Part shown: positions 29,298 through 38,539 of the stretch, piece after piece
Position numbering within the stretch: the stretch's first letter is position 1
How the letters are laid out: each line of letters starts with the position of its first letter
Assembly: GCA_963847705.1 (NCBI GenBank)
Contig: CAWKBC010000014.1
Span: forward strand, 1 to 64,000
DNA from: an uncultured Pseudomonadota bacterium
GTDB lineage: Bacteria; Myxococcota_A; Polyangia; Fen-1088
Length of the DNA: 64,000 nucleotides
Direction: 5' to 3'
The notes under the pieces: model-generated
The model's database searches: none
Told to the model about the DNA's origin: nothing
The model's input: only the letters and a program-made list of their open reading frames with translations
Program-made: the position numbers and the translations under genes

Positions 29298-31190
29298 CTA
29301 CACCGAGGCGGGCGAGGTGGCCGGTTTCTCGGCGAAGACCGACTTCGACTTCGACTTGCTGGTGCGCAGGAAGTAGAGCGCGCCGTAGCCGCCCCAGAGC
29401 GCGACCACGCCGAGCGCGATGTACGGCTCCTTCCAGCTCATCCCCGCCACCGCAAACGGCCCGATCAAGTAGAAGAGCATGCAGATCAGGTTGGCCACCA
29501 GGCCGAACAGCGGCACGAACATGTGCTTGAACCCGCTGAACAGGTGATGCTCGCGGAAGGCCACGATGGCGGTGATGCAGGTGAGCATGTAGAGCAGGAA
29601 GGTTCCGAAGTTGCTCACCAGCGTGACGATGACCAGCGTGTTCGGCAGCTTGGCGTAGGTGGCCGGGTCGCCGAAGACCCCGAAGCTGTACCAGAAGCCG
29701 TGGTACTTGGGGTCGAGCGGCGTCGGCGTGGTGCCGCCGAGGTAGAGCGCCACGGTGACGATGCCGATGACCGCCGAGATGATCGCCAGCGTCCAGATCG
29801 AGCGGTGCGGCGTCAGCGTCTTGCCGTGCAGCATGCCGAAGTGGCCCGGGACCTCCTCGTCCTTCCCCATCGCGTAGGTCACGCGCGCCCCGGTGCTGAG
29901 GCACGACAGCGTCGTGCCGATGAGCGCCAGGAACACGGTGAACGCCTGCACCAGCATGAAGGCGCGGCCGGCGGAGTAGCTGCCGAACAGCCAGGTCCCG
30001 ACCATCACCATCATGTCCCCGAGCGGCGCGCCCGAGGCGCCCGCGCTGGCCAGCGTGTACCCCTGGTTGAGGAAGTAGTTCGCCGCGAAGTACTCGATGA
30101 GGTAGCAGAAGATCCCCTGGATCCCGAGCGACAGGAGCACCGCGCGCGGGATGTCGCGCTTGGCGTTCTTGGCCTCTTCACCCATCGAGGTGACCGACTC
30201 GAAGCCGACCAGGATCAAGATGGCGATACAGGCCTGGATGAACACCAGCGAGAACCCGTGCGCCGCGACCACTGACCCTGCGGTCTGGTGGAACTGGAAG
30301 TGCGGCGTCAGATCCTTGGGGTGGTCGTTGTCGACCGGCGCCATCGTGGTCGCTTGATCGGCGGCGTAGCTGAGGATGAAGGGGATCGGCTTGCCGTCCT
30401 TCATGTCGGGGACCGGGTTGCCGGCGGCGTCCATCTTGTTCTGCGTGACGACCGCGCCGGTGGCGTCCTTCTTGGGCGCACCGTTCTCCATCACCGGTTC
30501 CTGCGCGACATTGAAGTCGACCGGCGTGCCGTTGACGAGTTGCAGGCCCTGCGACCCCTCGGGGTGCTTCACGCGGTAGGAGATCGCCATCACCGAGAAC
30601 ACCAGGAGCGCGGTGATCTGGACGATGTTGATCAACATGTTCACGCCGGTCGTTCCGGTGACGCCGCGGAAGGCGATGTAGGCGACGCCGATCGCGAACA
30701 CCACGCAGAAGATGATCATGAACGGCAGGCTGTTGTAGCTGCCGCTGAACGTGTCCGGGAAGAACTGATTGAGCAGGTAACCGCTCAGGAGAGCGGTCAC
30801 GCCGACCATGCAGCCCGGATAGACCCAGTAATAGAGGTGGCTCGCCCAACCGGTGACGAACTTGGCGATGCGCGCGAACTTGTACGCGTGGGTCTTGCTG
30901 AGGAACGCCTGCTCCGCGAAGAAATACGACGAGCCCGCGCCCGGATAGAGCTTGGAGAGCTCGGCGTAGCTGATCGCCGTCGCGAAGCAGAGCAGCAGCG
31001 CGGCGACGATGCCAAACCACATCGCCGAGCCCGCCATGGGCGCGCCATAGAGTGCCTGAATCTGGTAGGTGAGCCACAAGAACGCACCGGGCGCGATCAG
31101 CGCCATTGCGTTGATCGTGAGCCCGGTGAGTCCTAGGGTTGCCCGGCTGGACGGCTGTCCAGCATCAGCGGATGCTGCTCCTTCTGGCAT
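29298..31190 (-). CDS. APC family (amino acid/polyamine) permease with a large hydrophilic loop
   Basis: SYAEL..YP.AGSSY, VGFES.TSMGEEAKN.KRDIPRA, ARVTYAM, TP; about 12 TM helices. Confidence 0.9.
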   Translation of the reverse strand: MPEGAASADAGQPSSRATLGLTGLTINAMALIAPGAFLWLTYQIQALYGAPMAGSAMWFGIVAALLLCFATAISYAELSKLYPGAGSSYFFAEQAFLSKTHAYKFARIAKFVTGWASHLYYWVYPGCMVGVTALLSGYLLNQFFPDTFSGSYNSLPFMIIFCVVFAIGVAYIAFRGVTGTTGVNMLINIVQITALLVFSVMAISYRVKHPEGSQGLQLVNGTPVDFNVAQEPVMENGAPKKDATGAVVTQNKMDAAGNPVPDMKDGKPIPFILSYAADQATTMAPVDNDHPKDLTPHFQFHQTAGSVVAAHGFSLVFIQACIAILILVGFESVTSMGEEAKNAKRDIPRAVLLSLGIQGIFCYLIEYFAANYFLNQGYTLASAGASGAPLGDMMVMVGTWLFGSYSAGRAFMLVQAFTVFLALIGTTLSCLSTGARVTYAMGKDEEVPGHFGMLHGKTLTPHRSIWTLAIISAVIGIVTVALYLGGTTPTPLDPKYHGFWYSFGVFGDPATYAKLPNTLVIVTLVSNFGTFLLYMLTCITAIVAFREHHLFSGFKHMFVPLFGLVANLICMLFYLIGPFAVAGMSWKEPYIALGVVALWGGYGALYFLRTSKSKSKSVFAEKPATSPASV

Positions 31191-31245
31191 GGTGTGCTCC
31201 TCGCATTGGTGGTGTTGGGGTGGGAGCACAACCTATCAATGCGCG

Positions 31246-31283
31246 GTAAACGTCATGTTTCGAGCAGCGGAAATGTATGTAAC
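31246..31283 (-). promoter_or_regulatory. Candidate OmpR/GlnR-type binding site (11-bp periodic pentamers)
   Basis: Minus strand reads GTTAC-n6-TTCCG-n6-GAAAC-n6-TTTAC upstream of the permease. Confidence 0.35.
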
Positions 31284-31345
31284 TTGCGACATCCCCGCGT
31301 CTCACTTGGACTTGCGGGTTGTTTTGGGCACGAAATGCCGGGCTT

Positions 31346-34300
31346 TTAGCCGCGAAATCCCAGATTCACCGCGCGCAAACCGAGCTGCGCGCGCAGGTCA
31401 AAATAGCCATCTGACACGCCCCAGGAACAGAGATCACGGAGGATCTCATTGGGCTCAATCGCCGGATAGGCCGCCTGTCCGAGCCGCGCCGCCACCTCGA
31501 GATCTCCCGCCAACAAGAACCCTGCGCGGATCGTGGAGAAGCAGGCCGCACGCGACCAGCGTCCGACGTCCGGGCTGGGGGTCGTCGCCAGGTAACGCCG
31601 CACGAGAGCGGTGAGCTGCTCGAGCAGCTGAGGGGTCAACGTCCGTTCGAGGAACGCCGTGTACTGGGCGACGGGCGCGGCCGCCTCGGCGGGAACGTCG
31701 CTCTGGGGGTTCACCAAGCGGAGCGCCGCGCGCACCACGATCTCCAGCTCCGCCAGCGTCGGCACGAAGGTCGGCCAGCGCAGCAGATGCTCCGGGCGCA
31801 GCGCCGCCAGCGTCCGTCCCGCGACGAAGGCCAGCTCGAGGTCCGAGCGCATCTCCGCCACGCCTTTGCCCAGGACCAACACGGTCAGCGCCGGCGAGCC
31901 CGCCGCCGGCGCGGCGCGCAGGTTGACGACGTCGACGTCGCCGGGAAGCTCCGGGGCCAGGTAGACCTCGGGCGTCTGGACGCCCAGCACCGCGCCGGCG
32001 TAGGCGAACACCTTGCACGGCAACGAGGGATCCGAGGCCACCTCGCGCCGCTGCTTCTTCTTGAGGCCGGTCTCCTTGAAGAGGCGCGCCCGCGCGGTGG
32101 CCACCGCCGGTGAGAGCGTGGCCAGGATCTGCGACAGCGCCCAGTCCTCCTCGGGGTGATAGAGCTGCTTTTGCCAGACCTCCTCGGTCAGACGCGCCTG
32201 GGCGCGCACCACCCCGTTCGGGCGGTACTGCTGGTAGAGCGCGCGCTCCTCGGGGTCGGCCTTGCCGATCAGCGCCAGCGCCGCCGCGGCGCCGTGCGCC
32301 TGGTCGAGCCTCCCCATCTCCACGAAGAGGCGCACCAGCATCCTCAGATCGGGCTCCATCTCGGCGGCGGTCGCGGCGCGCGCGATGATGGCCTGGTGCT
32401 GCGCGACCGCCTTCGGATAGGCCTCCGGGCCGGAGAGGCGATAGAGCTCCGCCAGCGCCCGCCGGCGCGCGATCCCCTCGGGGTCGAGGCTGACGGCGAC
32501 CTCGAACGCCGCCACGGCGCCCGGGCCGTCCTTGAGGCGCGTCCGGTAGATCTCGCCCAGGCCGTGCCACAGAGCGACGAGCGCCGGCCGTTGGTCCGGC
32601 GGCAGCTCGCTGCCGAGGCGCTTGATCTGGCGCCGGTAGATGCGCTCCTCGGTCTTCCAGTCGTGCGCCTCGGTCACCAGCTGGTCGATCCGTTCGAAGG
32701 TCTCGAGGTCGTGGGGATCGGCGTCCAGCCCCTGCTCGAACGCCTCGATGGCTTCCGCCCGCGCGTGAAGCTCCTCCGCCAGGATGTTGCCGGCGGCCAC
32801 GAAATAGGGCGCCCGCGTGGCATGGTCCGCCAGGGTGGCCAGCCGCGCCAAGAGCTGCACCGACTGCTTCCACTGCTTGGTGTCGGTGTAGAGCTCCAGC
32901 AGCCGGTGCATGATCGACCGCTCGTCCGGCCAGAGCTTGAGCGCCTCCAGATAGGCCGCGATCGCCCGCTGCGGGTCGTTCCGCCGCTCGCTGTGGATCG
33001 TGGCCACCTGCTCGAGCAGCCCCAGCTTGGTCTTCGGATCGTCGGTGACCGCCAGCAGCGCCTGGGTGTGGCGCACGACCGCGTCGTCGTTGCCGGAGGC
33101 GCGCGCCGCTTCGACCAGCGACTCCAGCGCGCGGGTGCGGCGCGGATCGAGCGCCAGCGTCTTCTCCAGCGGCTCGATCGCTCCGGCCGGGGCGCCGGCG
33201 CGCAGCCGGGCGATGCCGAGCCTCTCGTAGGCGGCGATCTGCGCGTCGCGCGGCAGCCGCTCGGGCTCGGCGAGCACGCTCTGGTAGGCGGTGGCCGCCT
33301 CGCTCCAGTCCTGGCGCCTGAACGTGAGGTCGGCGAGATCAGTGCGCGCCGCCTGCGTCGCCGCGGACGGCGTGGTCGAGGAGCTCTCGGCGCCGGCGGC
33401 GGCGCGAAAGGCCTCGAGCGCTCCCTCTTCGTCGCCGGTCGCCTCGCGGGCTCGCCCGAGCCGGTGAAGTCGACGCGCCCGCTCCGGCGGCGGCTCCCCC
33501 TCCGCGCTCTTCGCCAGGAGCTCCGCCAGCGGCAGCAGCCCTGCGAAGTCACCCCGCCGCAGCTTGATCTCGGCCAGCTTCTCCACCAGATCGGGGCGCG
33601 CATTGTCGTCGATCGCCAGGATCTCCGTGTAGAGGTCGGCCGCCTGCGCCTCGTCGTCGAGCGCGGTGGCGCAGATCTCGGCCGCCTCACCCAGGATGCG
33701 GGTCTTGTCGGCCACGTCGGTGACCAGCGCGGCGGCGCGCCCGAGGAGCTGCCGCGCCTTCAACCAGTCCTTCCGCGCGCGGTAGATCGCCGCCAGCAGC
33801 AGCATGCTCGGCACGTGCGCCTCGCCGCCGGCCAGCGCCAGCGCCAGCTGCTCCTCGGCAGCGCGCGGATCGCCGAGCCGCTCCGTCAGCAGCCTGGCCA
33901 GCTGATACCGCGCGTCGATGCGGTCCGTCCCCTCGGGCAGCACGGCGATGAGGCGGCGCAGGGTCTCCGCGGCGGCCTCCCATTCGCCGCTCTCTTCGTG
34001 CAACGACGCGAGACCGGAGAGCGCGCCGGCATGCCGCGGCTCGTAGCGCAGCACCTCCCGGTGGGCGTCGCCGAGCTTGTCCGGATCGGCCCCCGGAAGG
34101 TGGCGGCGACGCACCAGGATCTCGACGTAGCGATCCCAGAGCCGCTGCCGGCGATAGAGGTTCTCGAGCAGCGTCAACGCGCCGCCGTGCTCGGGCGCCA
34201 GCGTCAGCGCGGTCTCGGCCGCCCGGGTCGCCGCGTCGAGCTGCGCGCGTCCGGTCTCGTTCCAGAACGCGATCTGCACCCAGAGATCGGCGGCCTGCTT

Positions 34301-34621
34301 CCTGTCCTCGAGCCCCTCGACGACCTCGGTGGTGACCGCAGCGAGCTCCGCCCAGAAGCCGTTCCCCCGTGCGATCCGTTCCATTTCCTGGATCACCCGC
34401 CCGCTGGCCGGATCCTCGGCGAGGGCCGTCTGCAAGGTGACCAGCGCCCCGTTCGGATCGCCGAGCCGGCGCTCGTAAATCTCGGAAATTCGGCAGAGCA
34501 CGGCCGTCCGCGCGGCGCCCGCAGGCGCGGTTTCGGCCTCCAGCAACAGCTCGTCGATCCGCGCGGCCCAGTCTTCGATCGGCGGCGCAGGCTGCCCGGG
34601 ATCGAAGGCGTCAGAGCTCAT
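31346..34621 (-). CDS. Large myxobacterial TPR-repeat protein
   Basis: About 1090 aa of helical TPR-like repeats (LENLYRR...W, ERLGDP, ALALDP). Confidence 0.85.
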   Translation of the reverse strand: MSSDAFDPGQPAPPIEDWAARIDELLLEAETAPAGAARTAVLCRISEIYERRLGDPNGALVTLQTALAEDPASGRVIQEMERIARGNGFWAELAAVTTEVVEGLEDRKQAADLWVQIAFWNETGRAQLDAATRAAETALTLAPEHGGALTLLENLYRRQRLWDRYVEILVRRRHLPGADPDKLGDAHREVLRYEPRHAGALSGLASLHEESGEWEAAAETLRRLIAVLPEGTDRIDARYQLARLLTERLGDPRAAEEQLALALAGGEAHVPSMLLLAAIYRARKDWLKARQLLGRAAALVTDVADKTRILGEAAEICATALDDEAQAADLYTEILAIDDNARPDLVEKLAEIKLRRGDFAGLLPLAELLAKSAEGEPPPERARRLHRLGRAREATGDEEGALEAFRAAAGAESSSTTPSAATQAARTDLADLTFRRQDWSEAATAYQSVLAEPERLPRDAQIAAYERLGIARLRAGAPAGAIEPLEKTLALDPRRTRALESLVEAARASGNDDAVVRHTQALLAVTDDPKTKLGLLEQVATIHSERRNDPQRAIAAYLEALKLWPDERSIMHRLLELYTDTKQWKQSVQLLARLATLADHATRAPYFVAAGNILAEELHARAEAIEAFEQGLDADPHDLETFERIDQLVTEAHDWKTEERIYRRQIKRLGSELPPDQRPALVALWHGLGEIYRTRLKDGPGAVAAFEVAVSLDPEGIARRRALAELYRLSGPEAYPKAVAQHQAIIARAATAAEMEPDLRMLVRLFVEMGRLDQAHGAAAALALIGKADPEERALYQQYRPNGVVRAQARLTEEVWQKQLYHPEEDWALSQILATLSPAVATARARLFKETGLKKKQRREVASDPSLPCKVFAYAGAVLGVQTPEVYLAPELPGDVDVVNLRAAPAAGSPALTVLVLGKGVAEMRSDLELAFVAGRTLAALRPEHLLRWPTFVPTLAELEIVVRAALRLVNPQSDVPAEAAAPVAQYTAFLERTLTPQLLEQLTALVRRYLATTPSPDVGRWSRAACFSTIRAGFLLAGDLEVAARLGQAAYPAIEPNEILRDLCSWGVSDGYFDLRAQLGLRAVNLGFRG

Positions 34622-34688
34622 CCGGGTGCCCTCCCTCACTCTTGAAGTAACACGGGATGCGCCGCGGAGGCGAACGATCGCCGGACGA

Positions 34689-36548
34689 TTACGGCGTCAT
34701 ATTATCGAAAGATAGGATACGTGCGTCGGTGAGCCAGATCGTGGCGCCCGGCAAACCGTCCAGCGCGATCTCGAACTCGAGCGGACCGCCGGCGTGCGCC
34801 AGGCGGACCTCGATCTCCCTCGGAGACCCGGGCGGCAGCTCGAACGCGCCGTTGGCGAACGACAACCGAGCCGCCTCGCCGGCCTCGTTGACCGCCTTCA
34901 TGGTGATGCCGTAGGTCCCCGCGCCGACCGGACCCCCGCCGAGCCGGACACTCACCTGCGCGGCCCCGTCGTCACCGACGCGCAGGTGCAATCCGCTCGG
35001 CGCCCCTTCGAGGGGCGAGGTCCGTGAAAATGGCGGCGTCGGCCTCCAGAGGAGAAGCCGTGTCGTGGTTTCGCCGGGCCGCTGGAACGCAGCCTCCGTC
35101 GCCGCCCAGCGGTGATGCGCCCGCAGGACGCGCCCGCCCTCGAGCAGCGCCGGCCAGACGAGCCGCCACAGCACGACCAGGAACAGCGCGGGCGCCAGCG
35201 CGCGCGAGGCACGGACGGCGTCGGCCCGCGAGCGGCGCGCCAGCGCCAGCCCGAGCGCCGCCAGCTCGCCCAGAGCCAGGGCCACGAACGGAAACGCCAG
35301 CATCTCGAGCGGCAGGCGGTAGCGCGGCTCCGCGAAGAAGATGGCGTACGTCGAGGCGAGCGCGAGCTGAAAGGGGAGCAGCGCCAGCAGCGTCCAGCGC
35401 CGAAGCGCCAGCGCGACGGCGAGCCCGGCCAGGGTCAACCCCATGACGCTCAGCCCAAACGCATCGGCGAGCGACGCGATGGCGCCGTGGTGCGCGGCGA
35501 ACCAGGCCGCGCGGGGACCGACGAGCGCACCGGTCCGAAAGATCGGCCAGTAGAGCAGCCGGACCTCGGGATCGAACAGGCGCTCCGTCTTGAGCGTGAT
35601 CATTCCGAGCGTGTAGCGCGGCTCGAACCGGGTCCACTCGCGGGCGATCGCGTAGGCGGCCTGATCGGTCGTGCGGTGAGGCTCGTCGAGCACGCCCCGT
35701 CCGGTGACGTCCTTGAACATCTGGTTGAGCGCGCGCGTGTAGGTCCCCTCGGAGTTCGGGTTTGCCCCGATGAGGGCGGTGATGCCGCCGTGATCATCGG
35801 TGAAGTAGAGCGCGCCGCTCTGCCGCAGGTGCCGGATGGCCCAGGGGGACAGCACCAGCAGCGCCGCGGCCAGCCCCGCCGCCGCCAGCACCAGCGCGCG
35901 GCCGAGACGCAGGCGCAAGGCCAGCCAGTACCCGAGCGACAGCGCGGAGAGCGGCAGCGCCACCGCCCGTACCCAGGCCGCCAGCCCCATCGCCGCGCCG
36001 AACGCCAGCGCCGCCGTCCAGGGGCGCGACCGACCGAACGTCACCAGGAGCGCCAGGGCAGCCACGATCAGCGCCGCCGCCGGGACGTCGGTGCCCACCA
36101 CGCTCGACATCGCCACCCCGGCGGGCCACAGCGCGTAGAGCAGCGTCGCCAGGGCGGCATGGGGACAGGGGCAGCGCCGGCGCCAACCGCTCACCGCGGC
36201 CTCTCCAGCGCCGCCACCATCATGCGCGTCGGACCGCTCGTCGACCAGCTTCCAGGTCACGACGAAGAGCCCTGCCGCGCCCAGCGTGCCGAAGAAGACG
36301 CCGAGCAGCTTCTGCGCCAGCAGGTCGCCGCCCAGGTTCTTGATCGCCGCCAGCAGCGCCACGAACCCCGGCATGTAGATGAAGCCCGGGTCGAGCCGCC
36401 CGAACTCCGAGAGATAGTTGGCCGACTCGCGGTACATCGCGAAGTCGCTCACCGGCACCGTGGGAACCGACAGCACCCAGAGCAATCGGGCCGCGGTCGC
36501 CAGCCCGACCAGCGCCACGAACCAGATCCAGATCGCGCGCCGACTCAA
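34689..36548 (-). CDS. GT-C fold (ArnT/PMT-like) integral membrane protein
   Basis: R..W....PTVPVSDF.MY, multiple TM helices, PWAIRH...GANP, PRYRLP. Confidence 0.65.
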   Translation of the reverse strand: MSRRAIWIWFVALVGLATAARLLWVLSVPTVPVSDFAMYRESANYLSEFGRLDPGFIYMPGFVALLAAIKNLGGDLLAQKLLGVFFGTLGAAGLFVVTWKLVDERSDAHDGGGAGEAAVSGWRRRCPCPHAALATLLYALWPAGVAMSSVVGTDVPAAALIVAALALLVTFGRSRPWTAALAFGAAMGLAAWVRAVALPLSALSLGYWLALRLRLGRALVLAAAGLAAALLVLSPWAIRHLRQSGALYFTDDHGGITALIGANPNSEGTYTRALNQMFKDVTGRGVLDEPHRTTDQAAYAIAREWTRFEPRYTLGMITLKTERLFDPEVRLLYWPIFRTGALVGPRAAWFAAHHGAIASLADAFGLSVMGLTLAGLAVALALRRWTLLALLPFQLALASTYAIFFAEPRYRLPLEMLAFPFVALALGELAALGLALARRSRADAVRASRALAPALFLVVLWRLVWPALLEGGRVLRAHHRWAATEAAFQRPGETTTRLLLWRPTPPFSRTSPLEGAPSGLHLRVGDDGAAQVSVRLGGGPVGAGTYGITMKAVNEAGEAARLSFANGAFELPPGSPREIEVRLAHAGGPLEFEIALDGLPGATIWLTDARILSFDNMTP

Positions 36549-36553
36549 GCTCC

Positions 36554-36619
36554 GGGACCCTCAAAGGGTCCCCGCTCCCCCCCGCGACGGACTCCGCTCG
36601 GCAAAGCCGAGCTACGTCC
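36554..36619. repeat. Dispersed REP-like element, copy 2
   Basis: GGGACCCTCAAAGGGTCCCCGCTCCCCCCCGCGA followed by a GCTCGGC-AAA-GCCGAGC hairpin. Confidence 0.6.
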
Positions 36620-36630
36620 ACCCGGGCGCA

Positions 36631-36972
36631 CTACCCCGCCATCTGGAGGAGCTTCGAGAGCTTGGTGGCCAGGATGGGGTCGCCGGCGACCTTCAGCTTG
36701 CCGCTGAAGAAGAGCGACATCGCCGCCTGCATGCCGCCGTCGATCATCCCGCGGAAATCATCGTCGCTCGCCTCGATGGTGCACTGAGCAACGCCGTGCT
36801 CCCCGACCACGCAGGTCGGCGGCGTCGACACCAGATCCACCGTCCAGGTGCCACCGTCGGGGCCGCTGATCTTGAAGAGGTAGATCGCAGCCACGTCCTT
36901 GGCCTTCTCGGGACTGGTGGCGAGAACGGCGGGAACTTTCTGATCGAAGAACGCCTTGACGGACGTCGGCAT
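36631..36972 (-). CDS. SCP2 sterol/lipid-binding domain protein
   Basis: GG.W.VD and ...LFFSGKLKVAGD.ILA.KL motifs. Confidence 0.9.
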   Translation of the reverse strand: MPTSVKAFFDQKVPAVLATSPEKAKDVAAIYLFKISGPDGGTWTVDLVSTPPTCVVGEHGVAQCTIEASDDDFRGMIDGGMQAAMSLFFSGKLKVAGDPILATKLSKLLQMAG

Positions 36973-37010
36973 CGGAACCTCCGAGAGTGGCGAGAGTAGG
37001 TCGTTGAATC

Positions 37011-38459
37011 CTAACCGGACTTGCGCGCGGCAGCATACTTCTTCGCCACCTTCTGCGCGTAGCCGGGCTTTTCGATCCGCGCCCCACGCGTGATCACCAG
37101 CGCTCCCGCCGGCACGTCTTCTTGAACCGTCGTCCCCGCGCCGACCACGGCCCCCTTGCCGATCCGCACGGGAGCCACCAGCTGCGAGTCCGACCCGATG
37201 AACGCGCCGTCGTCGATCACCGTCTTCGACTTCTCGTAGCCGTTGTAGTTGCAGGTGATGGTCCCGGCGCCGATGTTCACCTTTTCCCCGACGGTGGTGT
37301 CGCCGAGGTAGGTCAGGTGGTTGGCCTTGCTGCCGCGCCCGAGCGTGGTCTTCTTGGTCTCCACGAAGTTGCCGATGTGGGCGTCGGGGCCGATGTTGGT
37401 CCCCGGGCGCAGGTGCGCGAAGGGTCCCACGGTGGCCCCCACGCCGATGACCGCCTCGGTGGCGACGCTGTAAGGGCGGATGAGGACGCCCGCCCCGACC
37501 TCGGTGTCGGTGAGGATGACGCCGTCGCCGATGCGGGCGCCGTGGCCGATCTTGGTGCGCCCGCGCAGCGCCACCCCGCGCCCGAGCTCGACGTCGACGC
37601 CGACCACCACCCCCGGCTCGACGTCGGTGGTGGCCGGATCGCGGAAGGTGACGTGCGCCATGAGCGCCCGGTTGATCCGCGCGCGCATCGCCGCCTCGGC
37701 CTCGGCGAGCTGCTGGCGATCGTTGACCCCGGCCACGTCGCGAAAGTCGGCCTCCACGGCGGTGACCCCGATCCCCTCGGCGGCGCGCGCGATGATGTCG
37801 GTCAGGTAGTACTCCCGCTGCGCGTTGCGCGCCGAGAGCCCGGCGGTGGCCTCGCGGAAGAAATCGACCGGCCCGCAGTAGATGCCGGCGTTCACCTCGG
37901 TGATGGCGCGCTCCTCGGGCGAGGCGTCCTTCTCTTCCACCACGCTGATGACGTGTCCCCGCTCGTCGCGCAGGATCCGGCCGTAGCCGGTGGGATCGGG
38001 CGGCGTCGCCGTCACCACGGCCAGGCAGCGGTAGCGGCGCGCGGTCCCCACCAGCGCCGCCAGCGTCTCGCGCCGGAGGAGCGGCACGTCACCGTAGAGC
38101 ACCAGGATCAGGTCGCCGCCGAACCCCTTCAAGGCCGCCATCGCCAGCTTGACCGCGTGGCCGGTGCCGCGCTGCTCGGCCTGCTCGACCACGGTCACCG
38201 CGTCGGCCCCGAACCGCGCGCCCAGAGCGGCCTCGACGGCCTCCCGCTGGTGTCCGAGCACGGCGACCACCGGATCGGCGCCCAGCGCCCGCGCCAGCTC
38301 GACGGGATAGGCGCCGAGCGGCCGGCCCAGGATCTCGTGCAGCACCTTGGCGCGCGAGGAGCGCATCCGCGTCCCCTTCCCCGCCGCGAGCACGATCGCC
38401 GCCAACCCTCCGCGGACCACGCGTCGACCCTGGGGATTCTTTTTCGCGCGCGCCGGCAT
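37011..38459 (-). CDS. glmU: Bifunctional UDP-GlcNAc pyrophosphorylase/glucosamine-1-P acetyltransferase
   Basis: LAAGKGTRM, GTGHAV, EYYLTD, GPFAHLRP, KANHLTYLGD, GAGTITCNY. Confidence 0.96.
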   Translation of the reverse strand: MPARAKKNPQGRRVVRGGLAAIVLAAGKGTRMRSSRAKVLHEILGRPLGAYPVELARALGADPVVAVLGHQREAVEAALGARFGADAVTVVEQAEQRGTGHAVKLAMAALKGFGGDLILVLYGDVPLLRRETLAALVGTARRYRCLAVVTATPPDPTGYGRILRDERGHVISVVEEKDASPEERAITEVNAGIYCGPVDFFREATAGLSARNAQREYYLTDIIARAAEGIGVTAVEADFRDVAGVNDRQQLAEAEAAMRARINRALMAHVTFRDPATTDVEPGVVVGVDVELGRGVALRGRTKIGHGARIGDGVILTDTEVGAGVLIRPYSVATEAVIGVGATVGPFAHLRPGTNIGPDAHIGNFVETKKTTLGRGSKANHLTYLGDTTVGEKVNIGAGTITCNYNGYEKSKTVIDDGAFIGSDSQLVAPVRIGKGAVVGAGTTVQEDVPAGALVITRGARIEKPGYAQKVAKKYAAARKSG

Positions 38460-38539
38460 GGGCTTGGAGGCTCGACGGTACTTAACAACGACCCGAGCCC
38501 TTGTCCATCGGTGTGGGCGGGATAGACTGCCCGCACGCG

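Noticed and set aside
25521-31190. tRNA-anchored genomic island or prophage
   Set aside because: No integrase, no duplicated tRNA 3' end (att) and host-like composition.
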